IMG/VR virus record: IMGVR_UViG_3300033062_002302
Length of the DNA: 64,000 nucleotides
Reading direction: 5' to 3' (one strand)
Source: a virus
Lineage: Duplodnaviria > Caudoviricetes
The translations under genes were made by a program, and so were the position numbers. Each line of letters begins with the position of its first letter. Position 1 is the stretch's first letter. The notes under the pieces are model-generated. The model saw nothing but the letters and a program-made list of their open reading frames with translations, was not told the origin of the DNA and made no database searches. This document shows, one piece after another, positions 26,801 through 37,026 of the stretch.

Positions 26801-27170
26801 GAGTCGCCCGAGCGTCTACGTCTGCTGTTCAATTTTAAACAATGCTTTGGTCTCCAAAGCGGTCGAGGCACGCTCCCAAGATGAAGCGATTTCAGAATTT
26901 GAGCAAAGCGCCGGAATCAAGGTCCTAGCTTGCCATGGACCCTATGATAAAAAGAAAAGTCTCAAAAAGACAGAAGTTAAAACCAATGTTGTTTTCTCCA
27001 AGGAAAAAATAAATGCTATTTATGACAATTGGTATGTTAAGGCAATATTTACAATTGAACCTGTAAATTGCGCTTATCTTTTATTTGATAAAAGAGTTGA
27101 TGGAAAAAATGCCCCTAAACCGCAAGGAACAATCATTGTAAATCGAGATTATTTGAAGGAAATAACATGA
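26793..27170 (+). CDS. hypothetical protein
   Basis: ATG 26793 overlapping the upstream gene end. Confidence 0.6.
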   Translation: MNKSRPSVYVCCSILNNALVSKAVEARSQDEAISEFEQSAGIKVLACHGPYDKKKSLKKTEVKTNVVFSKEKINAIYDNWYVKAIFTIEPVNCAYLLFDKRVDGKNAPKPQGTIIVNRDYLKEIT

Positions 27171-27508
27171 ATAAAGAACTTTTGAACAAAATTAAAAAAT
27201 CATTATTAGACGAAAAAGAAATGATTCTGAACAAGAATCGTTCTACCGAAGTAGATATTGATGGTGACGAAACCGATGAAATTCAAGGTAAAATCATTGC
27301 GATTGTTAATCAGCAGCTGACTAACCGAGATAATCTTAAATTAATTAAAATTGAAAATGCGCTAAAGCGTATATTAGATAATACTTATGGAATCTGCGAA
27401 GAGTGCGAAGATCCGATTGCAGAGAAAAGATTAGAGTTTAATCCTCATTTTACAATCTGTATCGGATGTGCAGAACAAGCGGAATTGTTGAAAACGAGGA
27501 AGCTTTGA
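27167..27508 (+). CDS. dksA: DksA/TraR C4 zinc-finger protein
   Basis: GDETD coiled-coil tip, IENALKRI..TYGICEEC..I..KRL..P...CIGC. Confidence 0.85.
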   Translation: MNKELLNKIKKSLLDEKEMILNKNRSTEVDIDGDETDEIQGKIIAIVNQQLTNRDNLKLIKIENALKRILDNTYGICEECEDPIAEKRLEFNPHFTICIGCAEQAELLKTRKL

Positions 27509-28086
27509 ACTCTACAATTTTGGAAGAAACTCCAAATGGAGATATGCCGGTTGATGTTTTTGATCGATTAGCTTCAGATCGAATTCTATTTCTATCCGAT
27601 CAAATTACGGACCAATCCATTACCAATATCGTAGCAACTTTAATGGTAAAAGATATGGAAGATGAGATGAGTCCTATCACTATCTTTATTAATTCTGAAG
27701 GTGGCGATATCCGTTCGACTTTTATGCTTTATGACGCGATGCAGCTGATAGCATCTCCAATTAGAACCGTTTGTGTTGGAATGGCGATGAATGAGGCTGT
27801 TTTGATTCTTGCTGCTGGCACTCCAGGGTTTCGTTTTGCAACTCCTCATGCCATTATCTCTCCATCTCAATTAGCCCATTCTTCTGCGACATATGGTGCT
27901 TTACCAGATGTCTCTGCTTTAATGGATCGTTTCAATAAAGACTATAAAGTAACCATGCAGACATTGGCAAAATGTACTTCTAAGTCTTATAAAGAAGTTT
28001 GCGCTTTCTTTGAGAGAAAGAAATTTTTCTCAGCCAAACAAGCGAAGAGTTATGGTATCATTGATGGAATAATTAAAATTAAATGA
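27505..28086 (+). CDS. ClpP-family subunit lacking the catalytic Ser (ClpR-like)
   Basis: DVFDRLASDRILFL, INSEGG, YDAMQ; GMAMNEA in place of GxAASM. Confidence 0.8.
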   Translation: MNSTILEETPNGDMPVDVFDRLASDRILFLSDQITDQSITNIVATLMVKDMEDEMSPITIFINSEGGDIRSTFMLYDAMQLIASPIRTVCVGMAMNEAVLILAAGTPGFRFATPHAIISPSQLAHSSATYGALPDVSALMDRFNKDYKVTMQTLAKCTSKSYKEVCAFFERKKFFSAKQAKSYGIIDGIIKIK

Positions 28087-28667
28087 AAAAAGCATCACAC
28101 GATCATGAATTTGAAATGGTTTTAGACCATTACAATGAATCATATTTGAAATTATCTAAAAGTAGAATCATTTTTATCAATCAACCTATTGATTATGATA
28201 TTTCTTCTACTTTATCCGCTTTGCTTTTTTACTATGATCATCAGAGCCAAACAGAAGACATTATAATGTATATCAATTCTGTCGGAGGCAATTCGGCAGC
28301 ATTATCAAACATTTATGATGTCATGCAAATGATTCAATCTCCTATTAAAACGATATGTCTGGCGAAATGTTATTCTGCTGCGGCGGTAATGTTGGCGGCA
28401 GGAGCTAAGGGTAAGCGATATTGTTTTAAGAATTCTGAGGTTATGATTCACGGATTACAGTGTTCATTTCCGACGATTGATAATACTAGCAAGATAGATA
28501 GCGAAGGATATCTTCAATTTTTGAATGATCATAACAATCAAATTATGAAGATTCTAGCTAGACATACCGGAAAATCTTTTGCCGAAATTAGAGAAGACTG
28601 CAAGAAAGATGTCTTTTTGTCGCCAAAAGAGGCGATTGCTTATGGCTTAGCGGATCACATAATATGA
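28083..28667 (+). CDS. clpP: ClpP protease proteolytic subunit
   Basis: INSVGG, CYSAAA (Ser), MIHG (His), KDVFLS (Asp), YGLAD. Confidence 0.9.
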   Translation: MKKASHDHEFEMVLDHYNESYLKLSKSRIIFINQPIDYDISSTLSALLFYYDHQSQTEDIIMYINSVGGNSAALSNIYDVMQMIQSPIKTICLAKCYSAAAVMLAAGAKGKRYCFKNSEVMIHGLQCSFPTIDNTSKIDSEGYLQFLNDHNNQIMKILARHTGKSFAEIREDCKKDVFLSPKEAIAYGLADHII

Positions 28668-28679
28668 TCCCATAAAGAT

Positions 28680-28994
28680 ATGGAAAAGGTTGGAAAATCA
28701 ATGGACCCAGTCCAACAGGCATTACGGGACCATAAGAAGAGTTGGAATTTAGCAGCAAAAGAGTTTATTAAGCGCGTCATTGCGTTTAAACGAACTTTAA
28801 ATGGAAGAGGGGATACGAATTACTCTCTTCCAGCTGGAACGATTAAAGACCCGCTCCCAACCGAATTTAATGGATTTATGAGTCAATTAGCTCAAGATTT
28901 TGAACGCTTAGTAGCAGAAGCTGCTAAAATTGAACAAGAGCAAGCTTCTTACTCTCAGACGAGACGAAAATCTCAAAAAGAGACAACTCCATGA
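28680..28994 (+). CDS. hypothetical protein
   Basis: ORF. Confidence 0.6.
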   Translation: MEKVGKSMDPVQQALRDHKKSWNLAAKEFIKRVIAFKRTLNGRGDTNYSLPAGTIKDPLPTEFNGFMSQLAQDFERLVAEAAKIEQEQASYSQTRRKSQKETTP

Positions 28995-29338
28995 TTCGTG
29001 GAAAAATCTTTATTGGAAAGCAATCTGGAGAGATTTTGATTGCGGCAACGCGACAAGATCAAGAAATGGGTTTAATGGACCGAGAACCGCCATTACCGGT
29101 TATGGCTTTTGTTTATGAACGTCCTCAAATTAATAAGTTTTGGATGAAAAATACGAAAGCGCCATTAGATATTGTTTTCGCTTTAAACGGAAAAATTACC
29201 CTTATTTGTAAGGGAGAGCCTTATTCATTAAGAATGATTGGCGATGATAATTTATCAGATTTAGTAGTAGAGTTTCCTTTTGGAACGTGTCAAGAGCACG
29301 AAATTAACGTTGGTGACCCTGTAAGTATTATTCAATAA
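28991..29338 (+). CDS. DUF192 family protein
   Basis: GLMDR, MAFVY, FWMKNT..PLDIVF, VVE. Confidence 0.85.
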   Translation: MIRGKIFIGKQSGEILIAATRQDQEMGLMDREPPLPVMAFVYERPQINKFWMKNTKAPLDIVFALNGKITLICKGEPYSLRMIGDDNLSDLVVEFPFGTCQEHEINVGDPVSIIQ

Positions 29339-30324
29339 TGTTAGAACAAATTTTATCATTAAACAATATTTTAAAATCTCTCAAAATTAAAGCCTCCTGT
29401 GTCAAGTATAGCAAGTATAAAAATGCTTGCTTTTATGATTTGGAACTTCGTCCTGGCGCCAGAGTCAAGGACATTGAGAAATATGCGGTAGAGTTGGGAC
29501 TTCTCCTTAAAAAAGGAGGTAAGCTTCGAATCGTCGTAGATTCATCCAATGGAGTTATTAAGCTAGAATTTATTGAGAAATGTCAAGACAAGACTCATTT
29601 ATTTGAATTGGGAAATCAATTCAAGCGACCTCAAGGCGGATTAATGTGTCTCTTAGGAGAGACATTTGATGGTCAGCCTATTTGGATGGATTTATTAAAA
29701 ACGCCTCATTTATTGATTGGCGGAACTAGCGGATCTGGTAAAAGCGTGTTATTGCACAATATTATTGCAAATGTTTTGATGTATCCATATGTTAAACTAT
29801 ATTTAATGGATCCAAAAAATATTGAATTTTATAAATATTCTCGGATGAATAAAATTAAATTATCAAATGAATTTGATGATTGCTTAAAGAATATCCAAGA
29901 GTTATGTTCGGAGATGGATCGTCGCTACTTGGCAATAAAGGAAAATAATTCGATTAAATTTCCAATTATCGTCTTGGTCATCGATGAGTATTCCGATTTA
30001 ATTATGCAGGATGTTGACGGAGAATTTTATAAAAGTTTAACTCGGCTTTCTCAGAAGAGTCGGGCGGCAGGAATTCATATCGTTCTTTCAACCCAGCGTC
30101 CTTCAGTTGACGTGGTTAACGGAACAATAAAAGCTAATTTTCCAGCTCGGATTTCATGTCGAGTCACGTCTCATGTTGATTCCAAAATCATTTTGGATAC
30201 CGTTGGTGCTGAAAATTTAATGGGAAATGGTGACGCGCTAATTAATACGGAAATTTTAAATATGAAAAGATTTCAAGTTGCGTATGTTACGCCTGATAAA
30301 ATTTGTAAGTATTTAAATGGATAA
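29338..30324 (+). CDS. ftsK: FtsK/SpoIIIE motor-domain ATPase (no membrane domain)
   Basis: PHLLIGGTSGSGKS, DPK, IDEYSDL, RAAGIH, TQRPS, GAENLMGNGD. Confidence 0.85.
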   Translation: MLEQILSLNNILKSLKIKASCVKYSKYKNACFYDLELRPGARVKDIEKYAVELGLLLKKGGKLRIVVDSSNGVIKLEFIEKCQDKTHLFELGNQFKRPQGGLMCLLGETFDGQPIWMDLLKTPHLLIGGTSGSGKSVLLHNIIANVLMYPYVKLYLMDPKNIEFYKYSRMNKIKLSNEFDDCLKNIQELCSEMDRRYLAIKENNSIKFPIIVLVIDEYSDLIMQDVDGEFYKSLTRLSQKSRAAGIHIVLSTQRPSVDVVNGTIKANFPARISCRVTSHVDSKIILDTVGAENLMGNGDALINTEILNMKRFQVAYVTPDKICKYLNG

Positions 30325-30955
30325 TCATAAACTAAAAGAAATTATGATAAACGGAATGAATGAAGCGCCCTTTAAAAGTAAGGGAGCGACAGGCGTTCAC
30401 AAAGTTTGTGTTTATGAGGCTTTTCTTAATTTACTGGAAGAGTCTCCAGATGTCATTCATGATTATTTAGTTTTTGGAAAACGTGATGTAAATTTACAGG
30501 CAAAATTATTTCAAAAATATATTTCTTTTCTTGAAGCTAAAATACCATTTAAATATATAGTTAGAAAAAAGCTATTATTAATAGATTCTTTATTGTCTGA
30601 AAACTTATGTTTATTTGATGGAATCAGCGTTTTTGAAGGTGTTGTTTCAGATAAAAAAGAGATTAAGAATGGAACCAAAGAATTTTATGTTGGTGGCAGA
30701 GCTGGATTTCATGCCAAGCCATTTTATATGGGTAAAATATTAAAAATTATTAACATGGAGACGCAGGAAAATATTCTCTCAGATATAGAGAGTCATAGTT
30801 TTTTGAGGATTCATATGAAAACGACTCTTCCTGGAACGAGGGTTAAAGTTTCTCATTTAAGAGTTCCTCCTCATTATCAAATGGGTGGAATGTCTTATAT
30901 TAATCGAATTCGCCAAGATTTAATTTTAAAAATAAAATGTATGACCAAAAGTTAA
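30317..30955 (+). CDS. hypothetical protein
   Basis: coupled ORF. Confidence 0.6.
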   Translation: MDNHKLKEIMINGMNEAPFKSKGATGVHKVCVYEAFLNLLEESPDVIHDYLVFGKRDVNLQAKLFQKYISFLEAKIPFKYIVRKKLLLIDSLLSENLCLFDGISVFEGVVSDKKEIKNGTKEFYVGGRAGFHAKPFYMGKILKIINMETQENILSDIESHSFLRIHMKTTLPGTRVKVSHLRVPPHYQMGGMSYINRIRQDLILKIKCMTKS

Positions 30956-31311
30956 AAGAATTAAGATATCGCTGTAAAAAGTGTGGTTCACTATTGGCTA
31001 GTGGCGATTATATTAAATTTAAATTAGGTCCAAGAAGATTCTTGGATTATAGGAAATTTGAATCTTGTTATAATTTAAGTCTTTTTCATAAAGATTTTTG
31101 GATGTCTCCAACAGCTAAAGAGCCGCATAATAAATTTACTAAATCAAGGGGGCAAAGAATTTCGTTTTCATATTTTTCTTTATCTAATCATAAAACATTG
31201 GATAAATATTTGCCATCGAAATCATGTCACTATTTGCACTGTAAATGTTATAAATCTTCATTAGATTTAAATGAAGATCTTTTCACCTCTAAAAGGTTTG
31301 AGAATAAATGA
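30937..31311 (+). CDS. hypothetical Cys-containing protein
   Basis: CKKCG...CKC; resembles the next ORF. Confidence 0.5.
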   Translation: MYDQKLKELRYRCKKCGSLLASGDYIKFKLGPRRFLDYRKFESCYNLSLFHKDFWMSPTAKEPHNKFTKSRGQRISFSYFSLSNHKTLDKYLPSKSCHYLHCKCYKSSLDLNEDLFTSKRFENK

Positions 31312-31718
31312 ACATCACTGCATCTCAGCCATTTGGGCTTAAAAATATTTGTCGTCATTGTGGAACTTCAGCGTATTATACTCAATTTTTCTTTGAAAGA
31401 AAGAAAAGTTTAGATTTAATTAAAATTATTAACAAATCAAATTTGAGTAATTTGTCTAGAATGAAGCCTTCATCAATAAAAGGTCTTTGTGAATTTAAAA
31501 TGTCTAATTTTAGACAGACGATTGATTCAAATTTTTGCTCAATTTCGTCTCATAAGACGGCTTGGACGCCTAGCTCTATTGGAGAAATTTTTTATTGTAA
31601 ATGTTTAAGATATTCTTGGGTATCATATTATCATAAAAATATAGTGCAATCAGCTAAAAAAGCTGGAATCAAGTATCAAGTTAATGTCAAATATAAACAA
31701 AGCTATGTTGATTGGTAA
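31308..31718 (+). CDS. hypothetical Cys-containing protein
   Basis: CRHCG...CKC. Confidence 0.5.
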   Translation: MNITASQPFGLKNICRHCGTSAYYTQFFFERKKSLDLIKIINKSNLSNLSRMKPSSIKGLCEFKMSNFRQTIDSNFCSISSHKTAWTPSSIGEIFYCKCLRYSWVSYYHKNIVQSAKKAGIKYQVNVKYKQSYVDW

Positions 31719-32103
31719 GGATTTTTCTTGTCTCAAGTTCTAACTTAACAAAATCATCTGCTAAATTTTCATAAAAACTCAGCTGACGTCTAGTTAGTTG
31801 ATAGCAGGAATAATAAGACAATCTTCCAATAGATTGGTAGTATTCTGTGCTAGCAAAAGAAAGATGTTCAGGGACAAAGCTTCTAGCAAAAAAGAGCCAA
31901 TCCGCAATATTTTGAAAAGTATAAAAATCTGAATTTTGCTTGGCGTTAGCGTAAACAAGCGTAATGCTATCTTTTGAAAAATCAAAATGGCTCGTTTTAT
32001 ATTTTGCGAATACACTCGTGATATAGGCTTTAGTGTCCTCGCGGCAATTCAAATCTTCAAAAACTTCTTGAAAGAAAGAGTTTAAATTTGAAAATGTTTC
32101 CAC
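31687..32103 (-). CDS. hypothetical protein
   Basis: 138-aa ORF filling the gap. Confidence 0.6.
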   Translation of the reverse strand: METFSNLNSFFQEVFEDLNCREDTKAYITSVFAKYKTSHFDFSKDSITLVYANAKQNSDFYTFQNIADWLFFARSFVPEHLSFASTEYYQSIGRLSYYSCYQLTRRQLSFYENLADDFVKLELETRKILTNQHSFVYI

Positions 32104-32140
32104 AAATTAATATTTAATTATTAGAACAAGAAAGAATTTA

Positions 32141-33922
32141 ATGTCTTCAACTCTTATTATTGTAGAATCTCCGGCAAAAGCCAAGAAAATTCAATCCTTT
32201 ATGGGACCTGGCTATACAGTATTAGCTAGCGTTGGGCATATTACAGACCTTGCAAAAGGAGGTCAATTCAACCTCGGAGTTGACCTTAATAATGATTTTA
32301 AGCCTCGTTATGTCCTGATGGAGGATAAAGTCGCTGTTTTAAATCAATTGGTTAATGCCGTTGAAGTTTGTGATGATGTCATGCTTATGGCTGACGATGA
32401 TCGCGAAGGAACGGCGATTTCCTGGCACCTTCAAGAAAGATTGAAGGATTATGGCAAGCCAATGAAGCGAGTGACAGTTAAAGAAATAACAAAAAAAGCT
32501 GTCGTCGCTGCCCTCAAAAATCCCAGGGAAATTGACATGGATCTTTTTCACTCTCAGGAAGCCAGGCGAATTTTGGACCGAGTTGTCGGCTTCATGGCGT
32601 CTCCATTTCTCATGAATCATTTTGGACCCAAGCTTTCTGCTGGAAGAGTTCAGTCTGTTGTTACTAAAATTATTATAGATCGTGAAAGAGAAATTGAATC
32701 ATTTGTCCCAGAAGAATATTGGGTATTAAAATCCAATTTATCAAAAGATAATAGTTTGGGATTTTGGGCTAAATATGATTTGAAAATAACGGATAAAACT
32801 TTGGCAGAAAAAGTCAAAGATCAATTATTAGATCCTAGCTCGATCTACATTGTACTAAATGTAGATTCTTCAGAAGAAAAGAAGAAGCCTTCACCACCAC
32901 TGGTTACATCAGAGCTTCAAAGAATTATGTCCAAACGATTTGGCTTTGGTGCTGATCGAACGATGAAAGCGGCTCAGTCATTATATGAAAACGGATATGT
33001 TACTTATATTCGAACCGATTCTGTTCGAATCGAAGACGACGCATTAAAAGATGTTCGAGCTTTTATTTCAAGCGAAGGATATAAGTTACCAAAATCAGCC
33101 ACTCTTCATAAAAATAAAGACGCAGCCCAAGACGCGCACGAGTGCATACGTCCAACTGATTTAGAGATGAGACCGGGTAAGACTCATGCTTTGGCTGATC
33201 CTGACGAAATGAAGGTCTATGAAATTATTTGGCAATACTTTATCGCGAGCCAAATGGAACCAGCCGTTTATGATACATTGAAAGTTTCAATTGGCTTAAA
33301 AAATGATAAGTCATGTGTCTTAAAAGCCTCTGGTAAAGCTTTAAAATCTAAAGGGTTTTTAGAGATTTTAGGGCTATCAGATGATAGCAAAATTGATATT
33401 CCAGCTCTAGCTAAAGGCGATGAGCTAGCTCTTTTTGGAAAGAGTCCGGTAACATGCGAGCAAAAGTTTACTCAGCCACCTGCTCGGTATTCAGAAGACA
33501 CTTTAATTAAGACATTAGTAACGAAGAGCATTGGAAGACCGGCAACTTTCGCTGATATTCTTTCTAAGATTTGCAATCGCGCTTATGTAGAAAAACATGG
33601 CAATGTTTACCATGCGACTGAACTAGGGAAGACAATTACGGATTCTTTATCAGACTTTTTTACATTCATGAATTATGATTATACTTCTGAGATGGAAAAA
33701 AAGTTAGACTTAATTGAACAAGGCAAGATTAACTCTGTAGAAATGTTAAGGGAGTTTTATACTCAATTTAAAAAAGAGTTGGATAAAGCGTATTTGAGCA
33801 AGGGCTCGGTTGCATGCGAGAAATGTGAGAGTCCGATGGTTCTTCGGAATGGAAAAACAAATGACCCGTTTTTAGGTTGTTCAAATTTTCCAAATTGTAG
33901 GAACACGAGAAAAGTGGATTAA
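32141..33922 (+). CDS. topA: type IA DNA topoisomerase
   Basis: IVESPAKAK, DDDREG, SAGRVQS, TYIRTD (catalytic Tyr), AHECIRPT, C-terminal zinc ribbon. Confidence 0.95.
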   Translation: MSSTLIIVESPAKAKKIQSFMGPGYTVLASVGHITDLAKGGQFNLGVDLNNDFKPRYVLMEDKVAVLNQLVNAVEVCDDVMLMADDDREGTAISWHLQERLKDYGKPMKRVTVKEITKKAVVAALKNPREIDMDLFHSQEARRILDRVVGFMASPFLMNHFGPKLSAGRVQSVVTKIIIDREREIESFVPEEYWVLKSNLSKDNSLGFWAKYDLKITDKTLAEKVKDQLLDPSSIYIVLNVDSSEEKKKPSPPLVTSELQRIMSKRFGFGADRTMKAAQSLYENGYVTYIRTDSVRIEDDALKDVRAFISSEGYKLPKSATLHKNKDAAQDAHECIRPTDLEMRPGKTHALADPDEMKVYEIIWQYFIASQMEPAVYDTLKVSIGLKNDKSCVLKASGKALKSKGFLEILGLSDDSKIDIPALAKGDELALFGKSPVTCEQKFTQPPARYSEDTLIKTLVTKSIGRPATFADILSKICNRAYVEKHGNVYHATELGKTITDSLSDFFTFMNYDYTSEMEKKLDLIEQGKINSVEMLREFYTQFKKELDKAYLSKGSVACEKCESPMVLRNGKTNDPFLGCSNFPNCRNTRKVD

Positions 33923-33980
33923 CTTTTAAATGGCGGGGACCGGTTGGGTGGTTACAATAGACTGACGGAGAAAAATCTAA

Positions 33981-35321
33981 ATGGCTCTTAAAATGGGATT
34001 GCGAAATCTTCAAGAATTATCCTCTCGGGATATTGAAGAATCAGAAAATTTAACTCTTGCTAAATTGAAAGAGCTAGATGTTTCTGATGTGATAGCTGGC
34101 GAAGTTAGATCAATAATTGAGTCCTACTCAAGACCAAAAGAAAGTTTTTTGGACTTAATGACTTGGGTAGAAAAGAATTTTTCTTATTATTTGAATGATT
34201 CAAAGGTTGAAAAATTTGTTCACAATAAAATTGTCATTGACGGTCAATTTCTTTCTTTCTGCCAATCAAATGGCGTAAAAGTCGAGGCATTGCTTCGAGA
34301 TAGCAATGTTTCGTGGCGTGGAATCCATGATTTTGAAAAGTTCTTCGCTCAAGGTATTTTCCGTATTACTCAAGGTAAAACCCAATTTTTGCATTGCGCC
34401 TTATTTCATAAGGGCATTCAAAATGAAGATGAAATTGGATTATTTAATATAATTCCAACCAAGCATTTAGAAGCTTATCTTAAGCTCAGGAACTCTTTTG
34501 AAGATTGGGTTTCAGAGCGAGACCGAGGCAACCTCTTAATCAAAGTTATTGACGGAGAAGATCAGCCTTATACTCGCGATCATGATTGGAATGATTTATT
34601 CCTTCCATCGGATCTTAAAAAAGATATTAAGGATATGATTGAAAATTTCCTTGATAATAAGGATTTTTATCTTCAAAATAAACTTTCTTGGAAGCGCGGC
34701 GCCTTACTATATGGTCCAGCGGGAACAGGTAAGTCTTCGTTAATTAGAACTATTATCGCTAATTATAATTTTAAACCAATTACGATTGATGCAACAGCAG
34801 GCGAAGGTTCAATGAAAGAAGCCTTTAGGTATGCTGAGGAACAAAGCCCTTCTCTTTTGTATTTTGAAGATTTAGACTCTCTTCTCCAAAAGATGGATAT
34901 TTCGACCTTTCTTAATTTAATGGACGGAATTTCTTCAAAGAATGGTTTGTTCGTTATTGCAACGGCAAATGATATTTCTAATTTTAAAGCTAATATTATG
35001 GATCGACCTTCTCGATTTGATAGGAAGTTTAAGATTCCTCTTCCAAATGAAAAGATGAGCGCATTATATTTGAAAAAATGGTTTGGTAAAAATATTACGC
35101 CTCAAAAGACAACGGAATTAGCAAAGCATGCAGTTAAGTATGAGTTTTCTTATGCTTATTTAAAAGAATTGTATATCGCTTCGATGTTCGAAGCATTGTC
35201 AAAAAATAGAAAAGTGCCTACGGCAGCCGATATATCTAAATCACTAGACCGGCTAATGCAGGATAAAAATATTAGCAAGTTTGGTAGAAAATTGAATACT
35301 GACAAGTATTTCAAAGAATAA
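33981..35321 (+). CDS. AAA+ ATPase (classic AAA clade)
   Basis: GPAGTGKS, YFEDLD, ATAN, DRPSRFDR. Confidence 0.85.
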   Translation: MALKMGLRNLQELSSRDIEESENLTLAKLKELDVSDVIAGEVRSIIESYSRPKESFLDLMTWVEKNFSYYLNDSKVEKFVHNKIVIDGQFLSFCQSNGVKVEALLRDSNVSWRGIHDFEKFFAQGIFRITQGKTQFLHCALFHKGIQNEDEIGLFNIIPTKHLEAYLKLRNSFEDWVSERDRGNLLIKVIDGEDQPYTRDHDWNDLFLPSDLKKDIKDMIENFLDNKDFYLQNKLSWKRGALLYGPAGTGKSSLIRTIIANYNFKPITIDATAGEGSMKEAFRYAEEQSPSLLYFEDLDSLLQKMDISTFLNLMDGISSKNGLFVIATANDISNFKANIMDRPSRFDRKFKIPLPNEKMSALYLKKWFGKNITPQKTTELAKHAVKYEFSYAYLKELYIASMFEALSKNRKVPTAADISKSLDRLMQDKNISKFGRKLNTDKYFKE

Positions 35322-35346
35322 TGTGTAACGAGGTTAGTTGATATAA

Positions 35347-35694
35347 ATGAAAACAAAAAGACCGTACAGAAAAACCCCAGCCCGAATTATGAAGGGAGGT
35401 GATATATTAAATAATTCAGAGTTTGACCACGTAGAACCCGTTCAAGCTCAATACCTTGAAGTCAAAGTACATTTTGGTAATTTTGACAAGGCAATGTCTG
35501 CCTTTCGCAACATGGTACAAAAAGAACGCATTCTTTCTTCTTATAAAGAAAAGCAAGTCTTCGAGAAGCCTTCTGATAAAAAACGCCGCAAGCGCAATGA
35601 AATGAAAAGAAAGCTTTTAGAGTTAGAGATGAAAGATAAGTACGAAGAGCGTTCCGATTCAAAGAATACTAGAAACAAGCAAACGAGAGAATAA
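35347..35694 (+). CDS. rpsU: ribosomal protein bS21 homolog
   Basis: EVKV..NFDKAMSAF..V...IL..YKEKQVFEKPSDKKRRK. Confidence 0.8.
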   Translation: MKTKRPYRKTPARIMKGGDILNNSEFDHVEPVQAQYLEVKVHFGNFDKAMSAFRNMVQKERILSSYKEKQVFEKPSDKKRRKRNEMKRKLLELEMKDKYEERSDSKNTRNKQTRE

Positions 35695-35696
35695 GT

Positions 35697-36257
35697 ATGT
35701 CAAATCCTTTCTTTAAAAATCCTAAACGTAAAACTACTGTAGAGTATACACCATATACTCCACAATATGTCAACCGAGGTGTTGAGCCTGAGAAAATCAG
35801 CATGGGATCGGGAGGAGTTATTCCTCAGGATATGTCTCAAGGAAGGAATAGACAGCCTAATTTTTCGCCAAGTCCTCCGTTTGTGGAGGCTCCAATGGAG
35901 AATAGGATGTATAATCCTATTCCCAGCAGCTTTACTGAATCTATTGATGATTCATGGGAATCAAATAATGAAGTCTATGATCTTGACGGAGATTCATTTC
36001 AAGATGTACCGGAGCCTTCACAAACGGAACCGGACGTTCATTTTAATACCGAAGATGATTTTGAAGAGCCAGATGGCGATTATGTCGTTTTATTAAACGA
36101 CCGTTTAATTTCTAAAGGAACTCTCGAATTTATCGAACAAGAAGTCAAGGATTTAGTATTCGGGCAGCATAAATTAATTCCAGATGCCGTACCTGCGGAA
36201 GACCTTACCGTTTTAAAGAAGATGAAGATTAAGGTCGGCGTCTTCCTGGTTGATTAA
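35697..36257 (+). CDS. hypothetical acidic/Pro-rich protein
   Basis: ORF. Confidence 0.6.
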   Translation: MSNPFFKNPKRKTTVEYTPYTPQYVNRGVEPEKISMGSGGVIPQDMSQGRNRQPNFSPSPPFVEAPMENRMYNPIPSSFTESIDDSWESNNEVYDLDGDSFQDVPEPSQTEPDVHFNTEDDFEEPDGDYVVLLNDRLISKGTLEFIEQEVKDLVFGQHKLIPDAVPAEDLTVLKKMKIKVGVFLVD

Positions 36258-36267
36258 GGAAGATGTT

Positions 36268-37026
36268 ATGGAACCACGTAAAGCCTCTGAGATTCTTCTA
36301 GAGATAGAATCCAAAATAGATTTATTGATAAAAGCAATTGCTGCTCAAAATCAGAGCACAATTACGATTAATAATAAGCTTAATAAAGTCATTAAAACAT
36401 TATCTAATGTAGATTTTTCAGCAATTTCTGATTCAGAAAATGATATTCCAGAATTTGTGCCGCCTAGTAACTCTGCGGTTCCTAATCCAGAGTTTAGTTT
36501 TGATCCGATTCCAATCGAAACGGAATCAATTGGGTTCCCTAGGACGTCTCGTCCAGAGACGTACGCCTCTCAAAAGCAAATAAATCAGGTCAATCGAAAA
36601 ATAAAAAAAGTTGAAGAAATTCAAGTTCCAACCCCTGCCGCTCCCTTGCCTAAAACAAAGCGTCCAGTCCAAGGTTCGAACGATGAGGAATGGCGAACGG
36701 TTTCGAGCCCAGCGCTTCCAACAAGACAGAGTGAAGAAAATGCTAATATTGGAAAAGTTTCTGTTTCTCAAAGAGTTGTAGACAGAAATTCTAAAGCGAT
36801 ATTTTTAGCCAATGTTGAAATCTTAGAAAAGAAATCTGAAAAATTAGAAGCGAAAACAAGAACGACTTCGGATGGAAAATGGCAAGCCGTTCTTCCTCCT
36901 GGAACTTATAATGTCGTCATTAAAAAGACCGAGTCTATGAGCAAGCAAAAAGTCGAATTAACGCAAGAAATTGTTATTGATGGAAGAAATCCATCTGTGG
37001 CTTTGCCAATGGTCATCGCTAAATGA
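36268..37026 (+). CDS. hypothetical protein, C-terminal carboxypeptidase-regulatory-like beta domain
   Basis: ANVEI...TRTTSDGKW..LPPGTYNV. Confidence 0.55.
   Translation: MEPRKASEILLEIESKIDLLIKAIAAQNQSTITINNKLNKVIKTLSNVDFSAISDSENDIPEFVPPSNSAVPNPEFSFDPIPIETESIGFPRTSRPETYASQKQINQVNRKIKKVEEIQVPTPAAPLPKTKRPVQGSNDEEWRTVSSPALPTRQSEENANIGKVSVSQRVVDRNSKAIFLANVEILEKKSEKLEAKTRTTSDGKWQAVLPPGTYNVVIKKTESMSKQKVELTQEIVIDGRNPSVALPMVIAK

Noticed and set aside
33923-33980. tRNA or other RNA gene in the GC-rich gap after topA
   Set aside because: Too short, with no cloverleaf or T-loop motif; more likely a promoter (TGGTTACAAT) and RBS.
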